Shown here: piece after piece, positions 12,475-24,966 of the stretch
Position numbering within the stretch: position 1 is the stretch's first letter
How the letters are laid out: each line of letters begins with the position of its first letter
Assembly: GCF_000315625.1 (NCBI RefSeq)
Contig: NW_005434650.1
Coordinates: 68,736-132,735 of the forward strand
Source: Guillardia theta CCMP2712
Lineage: Eukaryota; Protista; Cryptophyta
Reading direction: 5' to 3'
Length of the DNA: 64,000 nucleotides
Program-made: the position numbers and the translations under genes
The notes under the pieces: generated by a model
Told to the model about the DNA's origin: nothing
The model's database searches: none
What the model saw: only the letters and a program-made list of their open reading frames with translations

Positions 12475-13486
12475 CGGGGCGACTCATCGATGGCCCTCAT
12501 TCAGCACTGAATTGGCCCTCATACAGTCCAACGCAGTATGCGTGTTTTAGCAGGTGTTTTAGTTCAGCAACTCTGGCAACGGAGTGACTTAGTGTGGCAA
12601 CCGTAGTGCACAGAAGGGGAGGGCGGTGTTGGGGATGATAGCTGGCCTGATAGCTGGACTTTCTGAATGTGCAGTTTTACTCATACGTTGCAAGGGCAAA
12701 CATGCACCAGAGGCGACATGTGGACTAATTTCGAAAACTGAGAGAGAAACGAACCCTGACGCAGAGTGCTAGCTCTGCTACCGTCAGGATGCGGCTGTCC
12801 TCCCTCATCGGCTAACACCACCTTAAGCTTTGATTCCGCACTGTGCTGGTGCTGGTGAATCCTTTCCCACCCAAGGAATGAGAAGCATTGCGAAAAGCTC
12901 CTGCCGTTTTGGGCATATCGACAAAGCAGCCTTGAGGGGTTCCTGTTGTGCCAGGACCGAAGGCGCTAAAAGCTGGGATCTCCCTGACGATCCATCCGCA
13001 TTCGCTGTTTCCTTGCTCGTCAGCTGTTCACCTAGAAACCACAGAAAAAGTCATGCATCATGGTGCAGAAGTAGCAATCGTGCGAAGGCCATGTGTATTG
13101 ACTTTACGCATGGCTTAAGCTTCGGGCGAGCTCCACAAGGTTGCCCATGAGCATCATGCAGAGGTGACATGCTGAAATCAATGCTCAATCCCGCCCGACG
13201 CGGTACAATATCAAGCTCGCGTTAAGCTCGCCCAGAACATGATCCTCCGGTACATGCTGAAGAAAATTCCGACGCGTCCCATGAACGCGCTGTTGATGAC
13301 TCGGAACTTGAATACCAGCGTTGGAGATGAGACTTTTGAATTCTTTGTTGCATCGCTCATAAGTATCCGTCGAGAAAGGGAACCCACCCGTAGCTCCGTC
13401 CGATCCCTGACTGCGCGCTTTCAGGCAGAGTTTCAATTTCGAACAGCCACATGCAAATTCCATTGTAATTAAGTTTATCCGATGAA

Positions 13487-14200
13487 TCATGCAGTGAAAT
13501 TTTCAATCACAGCTGTAATCGAATTTCTGCAAATTGGACAAGGCAACCCTTTTCGATGAATTTTATCGGCACATTGAAGACAACAACAGGTATGGCCCGT
13601 TCTTCCATGGATGAACGTTGCATTTTTCGGACGATCCATACAAACAATACAAGAAACGGCGTCGTTTCCTAAATCGGACAGAGTCAAGGAAGAGAATTGG
13701 TCTGGAAGAGTTGAAGTTCGATTTGAAATCGATTGTTCCTGTGAGTGAATTGATTGTTGTGCAGATGATTGCATAGAGGACGCTGATTGCAAGAGTGCGA
13801 GACAAGAGTTGCATGGGCAGCCATTGTTTGGACCACAAACGCCATCACAGCTCCCACAACGACATTGATTCATCCTTCGACCGCAATAATAAACGCTTGC
13901 AGGAGGGAGTCCAGTATCACCACCTGTCCCCCTTGGTCCTCCTCGCTGGACCTTCACGCCGACTGAGTTTCGCATTGATTGTTGTGCAGATGATTGTGTA
14001 GAGGACGCTGATTGCAAGAGTGCGAGACAAGAGTTGCATGGGCAGCCATTGTTTGGACCACAAACGCCATCACAGCTCCCACAACGACATTGATTCATCC
14101 TTCGACCGCAATAATAAACGCTTGCAGGAGGGAGTCCAGTATCACCACCTGTCCCCCTTGGTCCTCCTCGCTGGACCTTCACGCCGTCTGAGTTTCGCAT
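13487..14200 (-). CDS. Intronless putative E3 ligase: two tandem Cys-rich modules plus a C-terminal MDM2-type (C2H2C4) RING
   Basis: 237-aa ORF. RING: CIVCMDRPKNATFIHGRTGHTCCCLQCADKIHRKGLPCPICR. Duplicated module: YYCGRRMNQCRCGSCDGVCGPNNGCPCNSC. Confidence 0.85.
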   Translation of the reverse strand: MRNSDGVKVQRGGPRGTGGDTGLPPASVYYCGRRMNQCRCGSCDGVCGPNNGCPCNSCLALLQSASSTQSSAQQSMRNSVGVKVQRGGPRGTGGDTGLPPASVYYCGRRMNQCRCGSCDGVCGPNNGCPCNSCLALLQSASSMQSSAQQSIHSQEQSISNRTSTLPDQFSSLTLSDLGNDAVSCIVCMDRPKNATFIHGRTGHTCCCLQCADKIHRKGLPCPICRNSITAVIENFTA

Positions 14201-14201
14201 T
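13749..14201. repeat. Near-perfect 225-bp in-frame tandem duplication
   Basis: Copies start at 13749 and 13974 (offset 225 nt = 75 codons). I see only about 3 mismatches (gcatag/gtgtag; gccgac/gccgtc). Confidence 0.95.
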
Positions 14202-14419
14202 TCAGTGTTCTATCTGTACTGTGGTTCTCTCAGGGACAAGAAAACTGCATGGCAGCAGCTGCCGTGCACTTCTAGTACCCCCGAAATACAAGAGATCAGA
14301 TGGGGTACTGCAGAGAGAGGGTTCTTAGCTCGCTTTTTAAAACTCAATAATTAGCTTTGATAAGTAAAATATTAGAATGACCGTGCTGAGTGGGGATGTG
14401 GTCAGGTTGTCGGGGAACA

Positions 14420-16767
14420 ATGCTGCGGCAAGGGACGTGTGGGTGGACCGATGGTGAGAAAGAGGAGCAGGAAGAGGAAGAGAGAGGGAGCAGGAGGAGC
14501 AGAACGAGCAGGAGGAGCAGGAGGAGAAGGAGGAGATGGCGGAGCAGGAGGAGCAGGAGTAGCAGGAGGAGATGGAGCAGGATGTGCCGATAAAAAGGTT
14601 GTGTATGAGAATTGCGGCTGGTGGTAGAAGAATGAGGACGGTAGTAGGACTAGGAGGACGAGGTACTGTCAGATGTCCTCCTTTGACTTCATTCAACCAG
14701 CTACATTGTTGAAGTGCAAGAAGTTCTATCCCCAATCAGGTTTGCATGCTCATGGTATTGGCCGATCTCAACCGTTCCGTCGCAGTGATACAGAGTGGTG
14801 AACTGCTGTCACATTACTCTCGCACGCCATTCTTCAGGTCCTCACTAGAAAACCGTATTATCATCGGATCTCAGTGTCTGTCTGTAGCTGTGTAGAGGTG
14901 GACAGTTCAGCCTATGCGATCCCGTCAGTGTCCATGGTTCGGTTGTGGTGCAAGCAGGTTCGAGGGGTTGTCATCTTTCAGAATGACTGGCGTGCCAGGT
15001 GCCACTTGGCTTCCTGATTCACATGAAAGCTTTCTCCATCTTTACTGCACAATCCGGTGGTGGATCACCATGAGAGGATGAGTTTGCGTGACGGGAGACC
15101 TTCAGTTCCGCTCACATCCATTCCGAGAGTTGTTCGTGAATCATCTTCCTTCATCGTAGATGGTCTTTGTGATCAAGACTTGTTGTCTCACAAGTCTGCA
15201 GGAGTTCAACAAGACACGAGCGAGCTCGTCTCAGAAAACAACCGCGAGTGAACTTCCACCAGGTGCACTGTTCGCCTGCGTTCGCACGGAGTTGACGGGA
15301 AAAGATTGTCTGCAAGGCATATGGAATCGCTTCAACGAAGTGTGCCTCGAAGTCTTCTCTGAGGTGTGTTTGGAGGAGAAGTGATCTCCAACCTGACTTT
15401 CATCAGAGCAAACTCGGATTCGTGGTGTTCCAGTTTCAGCTCAGGTAACAAGGTTTGAGAACCGCGAGAAATGGTTGACAGTAGAATCAGTTTCAAACCG
15501 TGTGAAGAGAGCAAGCTACATGTTTTAGAGTGCAGGTCAGAATCAGACTACTCTCCTTAGTGTCATGCTGATAGCAGTGAAACAGAAAAAAACTTGACGC
15601 TAGGTTCGATATGGCTGTCGAATTCCGTGACAGGTGGGAAGTTCTTAAAGATGGGGAATGATAAGAGGAAAATGCTTCAGGAACTGGTTTTCCGAAAGTT
15701 TCCTATCCTGGACGAAGGAATTTCTTGCAGCAAACAACATCGTCCTGGTGCTTTGTGATGATCTCAAGTGTTCACAAGGATGGCCTTCCTTGTCACAGAG
15801 CCTGATCCCTCTTGCAGGCACGAAGTGTACCTCAACTCAAACGTCTGCGCTGAAGAACGAGGTCGTTCCCCAACCCAATCGGTCACTCGTATCTCAACCT
15901 TGCGCTAGAAATTCTACCCATCCCTCTCCTCGTCTCGGCTCCTTCCAAGGGTGTCTACATCCGGCTCCATAGGTCTGCCCCGGTGGAAGGAAGTGAGAAG
16001 TGAGACCCTGGAGCAGGAGGCAGGGGACACAGAGAGTGATCTCTCAACAAGAGATTGCTGATTGGGTCGTGAGATTGCAAACTATCACCTCCGAGAACAG
16101 CCTGCAAGGTGTGTCAACGATCCTGTTGCTAGTCGTTCCTGATCAGCTCGTCGCTCAGGCGGCATCTTCTTCCTGTGGGGAACGGATCATGAAGACCAGC
16201 CGATGCAGAACGCGAAGAATCTCATGGCAGCGGTGACCACCGAGAGATTACAGCGAGCAAGAGATGATGGCATGGCAGGCCAAGGACCTTCACTTCGACT
16301 GGAAGAAATGCGTGGACGAGGAGAACACCAAGAAAGGAGGCTTGCTGTCGTTTCTCAAGGCTCCAGCGAAGAGGAAGCAGGAGGATACTCAGGAGGTGGG
16401 ATCAAGGAAGAAGATCAAGGAGGAGGAGACCCTGGAGGAGGAAGAGAAGCCAGCAGGGCATAGGAAGCCTGAGGTTGAGGACCCAGCAGCCCCGAGCCCG
16501 AGGGAGGACTTGAAGGTGAAGAGTCTGGATGAAGAGGGAGGGAGATCACCGAGGAGGGAGGGGGAGCAGAAGCAAGCGGAGGAGAAGAAGGAGTCAAGCC
16601 CCTCGAAGAAATTGTGTGCAAGTGAGGTGCGAGCTCGTGAGCTTCAGTCATCGGCGAAGAAACCCGTCCTGCACAAGGTGAGATGATACTGCTTGCCCGC
16701 TGGTCGTGACGTCACGACCTTCTTGCAGGACAAAGAAGGCATCCTGCGGTTCTTTGTCAGGAAGTGA
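14420..16767 (+). CDS. DUF72 (YecE/UPF0759 family) protein with a charged C-terminal tail; many introns
   Basis: Spliced reading: MLRQGTCGWTD|ATLLKCKKFYP (intron 14454-14700)...HYSRTPFF..CVEVDSSAYAIP...VPLGFLIHMKAFSIFT...FLWGTDHEDQPMQNAKNL. These match the DUF72 GTxGW, VExNS.Y.IP and F...KA motifs. Last exon 16729-16767 reads DKEGILRFFVRK*. Confidence 0.8.
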
Positions 16768-16857
16768 GACAGTCTCTTCATTTACTCTAGGCCTCCTCCT
16801 CCTCCTCCTCCTCTTTCATCTTTGTACAGTGTGCTCATAGCACGTCAGCGTCTCCTC

Positions 16858-18439
16858 CTAGTCCCCGTGGATGGTGTACTTCTCCCACTTCTTCTCGGGA
16901 TCGAAGGGTTCCCAGCGGGAGGCGGGGAAGATGTGCTTGTTCCTCTCGTACCTACAAGACAGCCTCAACTTGAGCGGCAGCAGCGGCAGCGGCAGCAGCA
17001 CATCACCAGTGTCGCTCCACCACCTTCCCTGCATGCGACTCGTCCTTCTCGATCCTGGCGTCGTTGACCGTGCGCACGTCCTCGTGCACATCGAAGTGGA
17101 ACAAGGGCCCCGACTTCCCCCGGGCCTTGGTCTGCGATGCGCAGAGGGTCACCAGCTGTCAAGAGCGGCAAGGGACCGACTGACCTCGATCAGGACATGG
17201 AACGTCATGTCATGGGGAATAATGAGATCCTCCTTCACGTAGATGAGGTTGTCGCACGACGTCCCCCGCAGCTCCCTGAACTCGTCCTGCGCTTCCCTTC
17301 ACCTCCTACACCCTCTCCTCCTCCTCCCTTCACCTGCAGATTCTTCCTCGCCATCTCCAGGAACTGCCCGACCGTCATTCCCTTGGTACACTTGAGGGCC
17401 CGCCGATGCCCTGACCCGTCCCAGTAGCTGTACGTCACCTCGATCACCTGACGTGACGGTGACCAGTCAGCATTCGCCCATCCTCGCACTCGCTCTCACC
17501 TCTGCCTTCTTCCTCTCCTGCTCCTCATGCCATTCCTGAGTGAGCTTCCTGCGCTCCTCTATCTCCCGCAGCTCTCTATCCTTGTCTGGCAAGAACGAGG
17601 TGTCGACAGTGGGGTTCTTGACTACCTTCTTCTTCGCCACAGGCTCTACATCCTCTTCCTCCAGCTCCTCAGCCTCATCTCCGAAGGACAGGGTCGACTT
17701 GGTCAGCTTCGACTTGCGGTTTTTCCTGTCTGCCTCTCTCTTCAGCTTCTCATTCTCAATCTCCTCTTTGCGCTGCAGGTGTTCGAGGATCTGCTCCTTC
17801 TTTGCCAGTTCCTCTTTGTGCTTCTTCAGTTGCTCCAGCGTCACAAGGCCCACAGTCACTTTCCCAAGTTCGTCCTGGATGACGTCGCCCTGTTGACAAG
17901 TAGTAAGATTGCCGTCAGGCATCAGGAGCGTGTGGAGGGAGCAAGCAGAGGCCTACCTTGCTTGTTCCAAACTTCGTGTTGAAACCAGTCACATCGACAC
18001 GATTCTGCTCTTGGATTTTCTTCTTGGTTTCTTCTAGTTTCTTCACCTCGTCCTCTCGTTTCCTCTGCAGCTCGAGAATCCGATTGATTTCATTTCCCTG
18101 GATGCAAGATTCAGAACTAGAGGCAGTAGTACTGGTGCACATAATGATGAGCGGACTGATCAAGAATGATGATTTGTCATGCAGCGCCAAAGGAGAAATC
18201 TCATATGAACGAGGGTGGATGGAACAGGAAGCCGAAGAGGGGAGCGAGACGAGGGTAATGGATGAAGGGCGGGAAAAGCTGAGGAGTGAGGAGAGATTGA
18301 AGAAAACTAAGCAGGAATGCATGGAGGTCAAAACCAGTGAGCAGCATGAGTGTAGAGGCAGGTATGGAGAAGGGTGCTGGAGCGGGAGTGGGAGCGGGAG
18401 CGGGAGCAGAAGCAGTAGTAGTATTGTAGTGGTAGTAGG

Positions 18440-18482
<43 letters not shown>

Positions 18483-18537
18483 AGAGCAAGAGGCGCATGC
18501 TTGCCTTGGCGGCGCCGAGCTGCGGAGTCTGCGACAT
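16858..18537 (-). CDS. FAM50: XAP5/FAM50 family nuclear protein
   Basis: [48 protein letters not shown]-like ([13 protein letters not shown]) and [27 protein letters not shown] are hallmark XAP5 motifs. The first exon [11 protein letters not shown] is joined through a GC-AG intron at 18098-18504. Confidence 0.95.
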
Positions 18538-18995
18538 AGCCCGCCAGTGAGAGCGTGGAAAGAATTCTGGACGAGGGGTACCTTCAACTGACAAAGACTA
18601 GGGTGGGTTGTATTGAGACGAAAGGTGAGGGGTACTTGATGTACCCCAGAATTTCCATCACACTTAAAGGAATATCTGGTCTCAAGGGGGTGGGTGGTAT
18701 GAATTTGGGAGGGTGGTCGGAAACTGAAATACAGTGGGGTTCCTTGGTGAGAAATCGGCATGGCAGGCAAGGCGAGTGTCTTCGAGCTACTTGGTGAGGG
18801 ATGAAGAGGAAGGAGGGAGGAGGAGGAGGAGGAGGAGGAGGAGGAGACGTGAGGAAGAGAGAGAGAGAGAGAGAGGAGGGTAGAGTAGGATGGGAGTGAG
18901 AGGAGACGGAGGAGGGGCAGAAAGATTGGATCGAGGAGTTACGAGAAACTGGAGCAAGGTGAGAAATGAGACGAGAAAAGAGGTGCAAGCGCGAG

Positions 18996-21148
18996 ATGAT
19001 GGCAGGAAACGGCTACAGTGTTGTAGAGGAGGTGATTTTACGTGTACTCATGTGTAAGAGCACGGGGGAGGGACTGACAAGGATGAGTGAAGGGGAGCGA
19101 CGGTGCGGAGTTCTTCACCCACAGTCCTTGCAAGTACTTCCTTGTGCTGAGTTTCGTGTCTGGTTGAAGTGATGGTGTTTCAGAGAGCTCTGCTGGAGAC
19201 AAGAGGGAAGCACATGCAGCTCTGTGATGACAGGACGATTGATCCACCCTTCCAATCTGCGGTTAGTGCCGCCAGTTCGCTATCACCTGTACTGATGCTC
19301 GAAGGCAGATCATGAGCATGTCAGTGGATCATGTGGAGGACAGGTTGAGCAGATCATGACTGGTCGTTCACGTGATGAAGCATGAACGCAGATACATGCT
19401 TGTTGGGTATGCGAACGGGGGCGTGGCTATCATAGACGTGTCGGAGGAGACAGTGAAGGACAAAAAGTTGTACCACGAAGAGCAATCTTGACGCACTGAC
19501 ACATCTTCTGCTGCAGATTTGAATGTGCTCTGAGAATTCCGCAAGGGCAAGCGCATGACTTCGGTGTCACTTCCCTCGCATGGTATACCAGGGTGATAAC
19601 AAGCTCCGTTGCGCGATCAGCCATGTGCTGACGGTAGATGTGATAGGATACAGGGCTGTTTGTCAGTGGCGGGTTTGATGAGGTTGTGAAAGTAAGACGA
19701 GCAAGTCTGAAAGTCTCGCCCATCACAACGAGCTGCAGATTTGGGACACAAACAAGGCGGAAGTAGCGATAGAGTACAAAACAAAAGGGAAGGTGACTGG
19801 GGGGAGAAGGGTCGGCAGAGGAGTTGGAGGTCTGAAATGCATGCGATTTAGGTTTATGACATCGATGTACACAAGACGTCAACTCTTCATAATCTGGTCG
19901 CAGCTGCCAAGTAACAAGCTGTCTCCTTCCTCAGCTCGTCCTGACCGTTACCTCTCAGCGGCCATGTCGTCAGTCTCTACGACGCGAACTCAGGTTGAGC
20001 TTTCATGCTCTTATGACAGCGCGAGCCGATGAACAATCTTCTGCTTTCAGGGCTCAGGCAGCACAGTCTGCGGGGGCATCAAGGCACCGTCAACTGCGGT
20101 CTCAAAGCGCCAGGGTGTCAAACCGTTCTTGACGTCTTCGCCAGTCGCTTGGTCGGTCTGCGAGCAGTACCAGCTCTTCTCCGGCGGCTCTGATGGGACG
20201 GTGGTAAGAATGCAATCAGCAAAGACCTTTTTGTCACCTGTGAAGAAGAGGCTATGGGACGTCCGGCAAGGAGCTTCTTGTCTCGCGTTTCTCAGTCCGG
20301 AGGGAAAACCCTGGACGTCAAGGCGAGCATTTCTCGCGCTGCCTGCGCTCCCTCACAAGACATGCAGGAAGAGACGGAGGACGGAGCATGACGGCACTGC
20401 ATCTTCATCCTCCAAGGGAGACGAAGCAGGTGCGGCATCTGCGAGCCTTGCTCCTCCTCACTCCTCCTCCAGCGCTTCTCGCTCATGCCAAGGGCGTGTC
20501 CTGCCTGCGATTCACTCCAGACGGAAGGTAAGGAGGCAGCGGGCCTGGCACGGGGGGCTGACCAGCAGGAGCAGATACCTTCTATCGAGCGGGGGGGACG
20601 AGAGGGTCAGGCTGTGGAACCCTGTGAGCTGCGAGCTGGAGATCGTCAACTACGGCGCCTTCCCGCAAGCTCGAGCTGCTGCCTACAAGAAGGTGTGAGA
20701 GGTGGCGGGTAGGGGGGACCTGAGCTGAAGTCCAGGTGCAATTTGACGTGTCGTGGAGCGGGAAGCTGCTGTTTCATCCCTGCCAGAACGAGGTGGTCGT
20801 CTGTGACCTGGCCAGCGGCAACAGGTCAGGCCCGGGTGTCTCTCTTCTCAGCTCTGAAGGCCCTGCCAGGATCTCGAGGCTTCGCGGGCATGTCGGCACC
20901 GTCAAGTGCTGCGTGAGAGCGGCCGGCTGCGATGGAGGGAGGAGGATGACGATGAGTCGCGTCAGGTTGCGAAGCCGCGGGGAGAGGACTTGTTCAGCGG
21001 CGATCAGGACGCAAACATTCTAGTCTGGACCCCCAACGACAGGCAAGTTGCACTTGTATGCCCTGCAGGAACTGACCGGATCTCAAGGTTTCTTGACGGA
21101 GAGGAGGAGGTGGAGGTGGATGTGGACAACTGGAGCGATAGCGATTGA
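18996..21148 (+). CDS. ERCC8: ERCC8/CSA-like WD40 DNA excision repair protein (start approximate)
   Basis: Exons read DRYMLVGYANGGVAIIDV, AHDFGVTSLAWY..DTGLFVSGGFDEVVK|IWDTN, LRGHQG, QLFSGGSDGTV..LWDVRQGASCL, YLLSSGGDERVRLWN...VNYG and terminal DNWSDSD*, in the CSA motif order. Confidence 0.85.
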
Positions 21149-21232
21149 TCCCATCCCACCCCTGCCGCCAAGTTTCTGTTTATACTTTACTTTACATCTT
21201 CACATGTACATCATATCTGTAAAACAACCTTG

Positions 21233-24200
21233 TCAGTACTGCCCGTACTCCATGATTTGAGCTCTGAACTGAAGCTTCCTTTCCTCGAAGTCTTGCAGCC
21301 TTTGTATCACATTCTCCGACACTAACGTGCTGTCTTCCGCGTACGCCCGTCGGAGGATAGCGCTCCATGGCAGGTCAGGCCCCCGCTCCTCCTCCTCCTC
21401 CTCCTCCTCCTTGTTGGCCTGGTAGAGCTGCGACAGAGTGATTCTCGTGTGCGCAAACCAACGGAAGAAGGCCTTCGACATCCTACTGGACTTGTGCTGG
21501 TGAGAGATCAGCCCCTCCGAGGCGAAGGCGGTGAAGACCGCAAACTTCCAGCGGAACAGAACCAGCAGGATCCTCGTCCTCGTGCTCGCCTCCAGCAGCT
21601 TGTCAAGGAACATGTACCTCCTTGTCCTGCCAGCTCTGTCCTTCCAGCTGTCAAACGTTCGCAACTTGACCTGTCCCTCGTCGGGGTTGTGCTGGCCAGG
21701 AGCAGTGACGGGCTGCAGCAAGAGGCATCAGTGTTGACAAGGACTTGTCAAGTGAGGCTCTAGATCACCGGCGGGTCGAAGAGAAGCGTCTTGATGTCAA
21801 GTCTTGCTCTGAAGCTGGCAAGCAGGTCAGAAGTACCAAGAGAAGACGGGCCTCACTCACAGAAACATCACCCTCGACTTGACTCGCACCCTCCTCCTGA
21901 GGTCCAGCTGACGGATCCGACCCACAAGGCGATCCTTGGCCGTTGACATCTCCCTCCAGCTCGTCAAGATCGAGAGCAGCTCCCTCTTCATTCGCAGCCC
22001 CAGGAAGGAGTTCAGTTTGAAGCTCAGCCGGACGGCGGCGAAGGTGTGATGGTACCACAGAAGCATCATCCGGCGCATCAGGTCAGCATTCAGCTTCAGG
22101 TTCACCTTAGCGATGTAGCCCTTCAGCTGCTGCTGGCTGCGCCTGATCACCATCGCCTCCCACATGCGTTGAGAAACTTTCCTGCCGAGCCCGGTGAAGA
22201 GAAAATCGTTCCTCCCCCTGAGCGCCTCGAAGCCTCTCGAGATCATCACCTCCTCACTGGTCACTGCATGTCTCTGCTTCACTTCAGGGCAGGGGACCCG
22301 AAAGGCTTCGAACAGCGCTCTCATCTTTCTCTTGGTCCACAGGACGTGCAGCAGGTAGGCGGCATGATACTTGGCCTTCACTCGTGAGATGTGGTCGGCG
22401 ATCTCTCGGAGGACTGACAGCAGCAGGATGCGGTCTCGTCTGTTCGCTAGGTGATAGGAGATCTTCATCGCCCTCCTCTGCTGATGCACCAGCCCCGCCC
22501 ACGTCGAGAAGCTTCTGATGATCTTGAACTTGCTCAGGGCCCGTGACACCTTGACCTGACGGCAGCAGACTGAGCTCTCAAGCCCCCCCCCCCTTCCTCC
22601 TCTACCGAAGTGTAGGATATCCATTGCGTCTCCTTGTACCGCAGAAGGTTCTATCGCATCGGTCAGATGGTGCTTCTCAAGACAGAGTCAAGCACCTGAA
22701 TGTGAAAGTCTTTCCATGGCGCGAAAGCTTGCTTGATGCCCTGACGTCGCGCGTACGAGTACGCTTTCTTGGAGTTATGTTTATGAACACGCTGCAGTCA
22801 CATCTCAGCCCATACTGACATGTCTGTGTATCATGACCTGATTGGAGGAAGTGAAGTAGAATCGTTCGAATGAATGTTTCAACAACTTCTTGCATCGAGT
22901 GTCGACGATCTTGTAAGCTGCCAACTTCCATCGAAAGGAAGTCTGAGTGAACCAATGCCAATCTTTCAAAACCGACAGAATGAGGCTACGAAGATTTATC
23001 TGTCTGCGATTTTCACATTCCAGCTCAACATGAAGTGATTGAACAATCTTGCCTGAAAACTATTCACCGCATGCTACACAACACAAAGTGTATCCCTCAC
23101 CTTTGGATTGGCTAAATCCTTGCTTTGAATCCTTCAGGTTGCCAGATCGAACACTTTTCGAGGGAGTCTTGAATGAAAATGCAGAAGAAATCTTCTGGCC
23201 GTTCTGCTGGGAGTGAGCGAATGGCTCTTCCGTTGCGAATTCGGACCCTCCTTTCTTCTTTTCGGCATAATTCCTTGTTTTAATCGTCACCAATGTCGTA
23301 TCAAGACATGCAAACACTTACCTGGAGCTTGAAAAATGTTGGAAGAGATCAGAAAACCTCTCTTTTTCAATGTTCTCAATCATATCGCATATCTCGTTGA
23401 TTGTCTTTTGAGTGTACTGCGGTGATCGCTGCAAGCACTCAATTCACTTCCCTTCTCATCTCTCATCAAAGCACCACCTTGATGCTTGCCTCAATCATAT
23501 TTCCATCTGAAAACAACATTCAGCTGTCGATCTGCGAGTTTGCTACGCATCCATGACTCACCTCTCTCTAACACCAGATGACACACTACATCGATACTGT
23601 TTCTCATCATGTCAGATTGGTGAAGCATCACCCCTCAACAGCCGATGACCTCTCTTGGAAGATTCGTTTCACTCTCTCAAGCGCCAGTCCATCTACACTC
23701 ATATCGTTGATCGACACGACTTTGTCATTCTTCAAGATCTGCCACTCCCTGAGCAAGACTGAGGCAAACAAAGCACGCGGGGACCTCGCTGCAGTCTATA
23801 GCGCTTGTCTTGTCAGAAACCTTCTCAACCACAATCTTTCCGATGGCATCATAGGCGAACTTGACTGTTGAAGATACTTGAATCAGTTGCAAAGTCCTCA
23901 GCAGCTCAAGCTTGTCGAACAACTTCATCAGCGCTTCATGCCGATCTTTCGGCGACAGGATGATGTTTGCCTGGATGTGCTCGTTCTGCCTCGCGACAAG
24001 GAGGCTCATGGTCTCTCCGATCGGGTCGCCGCATCGTTCGAGCAACGAGGCTGTCTCCTTCCAAGTGCGGTGAATGCCGTCGACTGCGAGGATCGTATCT
24101 CCTCGGCTCAGAATACGACCGAGACCAGCTGAGCTGAACGTCGAGAGGCTTGCGATCTCCGAAGAGAACGGCTTCAGCATGATCCCAGCACTCAAGGGTC

Positions 24201-24468
24201 TCTCGCGATCTTGCCGGTGCTGACCGTTACTCGCCTGTTCGTCCTTATGGTCGGTAGAACTGAGCCTGATCGCCCGCTCCTCTTCCTCCCCGCTGTCGTT
24301 CTCTCTCCCTCTCGTCCACGACCTGGGCTCGCTTTCTAGATCATCCAGGCTGAGCATGTCAGCATCTTCGGCCGGACGTTCAGCACCTACTCGTCTCTTC
24401 TTCCTCTCTTCCTCTCTCCTCCTTCCTCTCCCTCCACCTTCGCCCCCAAGCCATTCTTCCTCCGGCAT
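21233..24468 (-). CDS. Multi-exon protein with tandem PDZ-like domains and C-terminal Trp-anchored Sfi1-like helical repeats
   Basis: PDZ-like segments LSRGDTILAVDG and ILKNDKVVSINDMSVDGL. Repeats FSTWAG, LLWYHH, LTSWREM, FDSWKD, LFRWK and AFFRWF occur in ORFs 21857-22624 and 21233-21721. Continuity as a single gene is inferred. Confidence 0.55.
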
Positions 24469-24966
24469 GCCAGGATAATCCTATAGGAGACAAAGATCCG
24501 AGGTGGGGTAGCTACCGTTCTTTTTCATTATCATCACCGGTGCTTGCATCTGATTTTCTCGCGTGAAAAAGTATGGTAGGGTCCCTACCCCCTCTAGCTT
24601 TTAGAGTCAAAGGGGGGGACCCGGACTTCCGTTCGTAACGGCCTGACCCTCATCCCCCTACTCAGGACTGACTAGTGTCAAACTTGAGTGTCGATCACTC
24701 AGTCGGCTTGACTCCGCCGGGCCCCGGACAGTGAGGAGATAGTTTAGTTAATACCTACCCACCCCTACTCTCGTATCCGCTAATTGATGTGAGGGTTGAG
24801 CAAGCAGGCGGGTGTAAAATAATGGAAAGGGGTGTAGGTCTCCAATAACCCCTACATGATAGGCAATTTATGAGTAAAATGGTAGGGTACTCACTGAAGA
24901 GAGAGGGGTCGGAAAAGAATGTGGATGGTGAGGGTGGTCAATTTGCGGGGGTAAGGGGAGGCCGCG

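Noticed and set aside
13185-13490. ORF overlapping the RING stop by ATGA (operon-like coupling)
   Set aside because: The context is eukaryotic and the product is unrecognisable. A single ATGA overlap is expected by chance.
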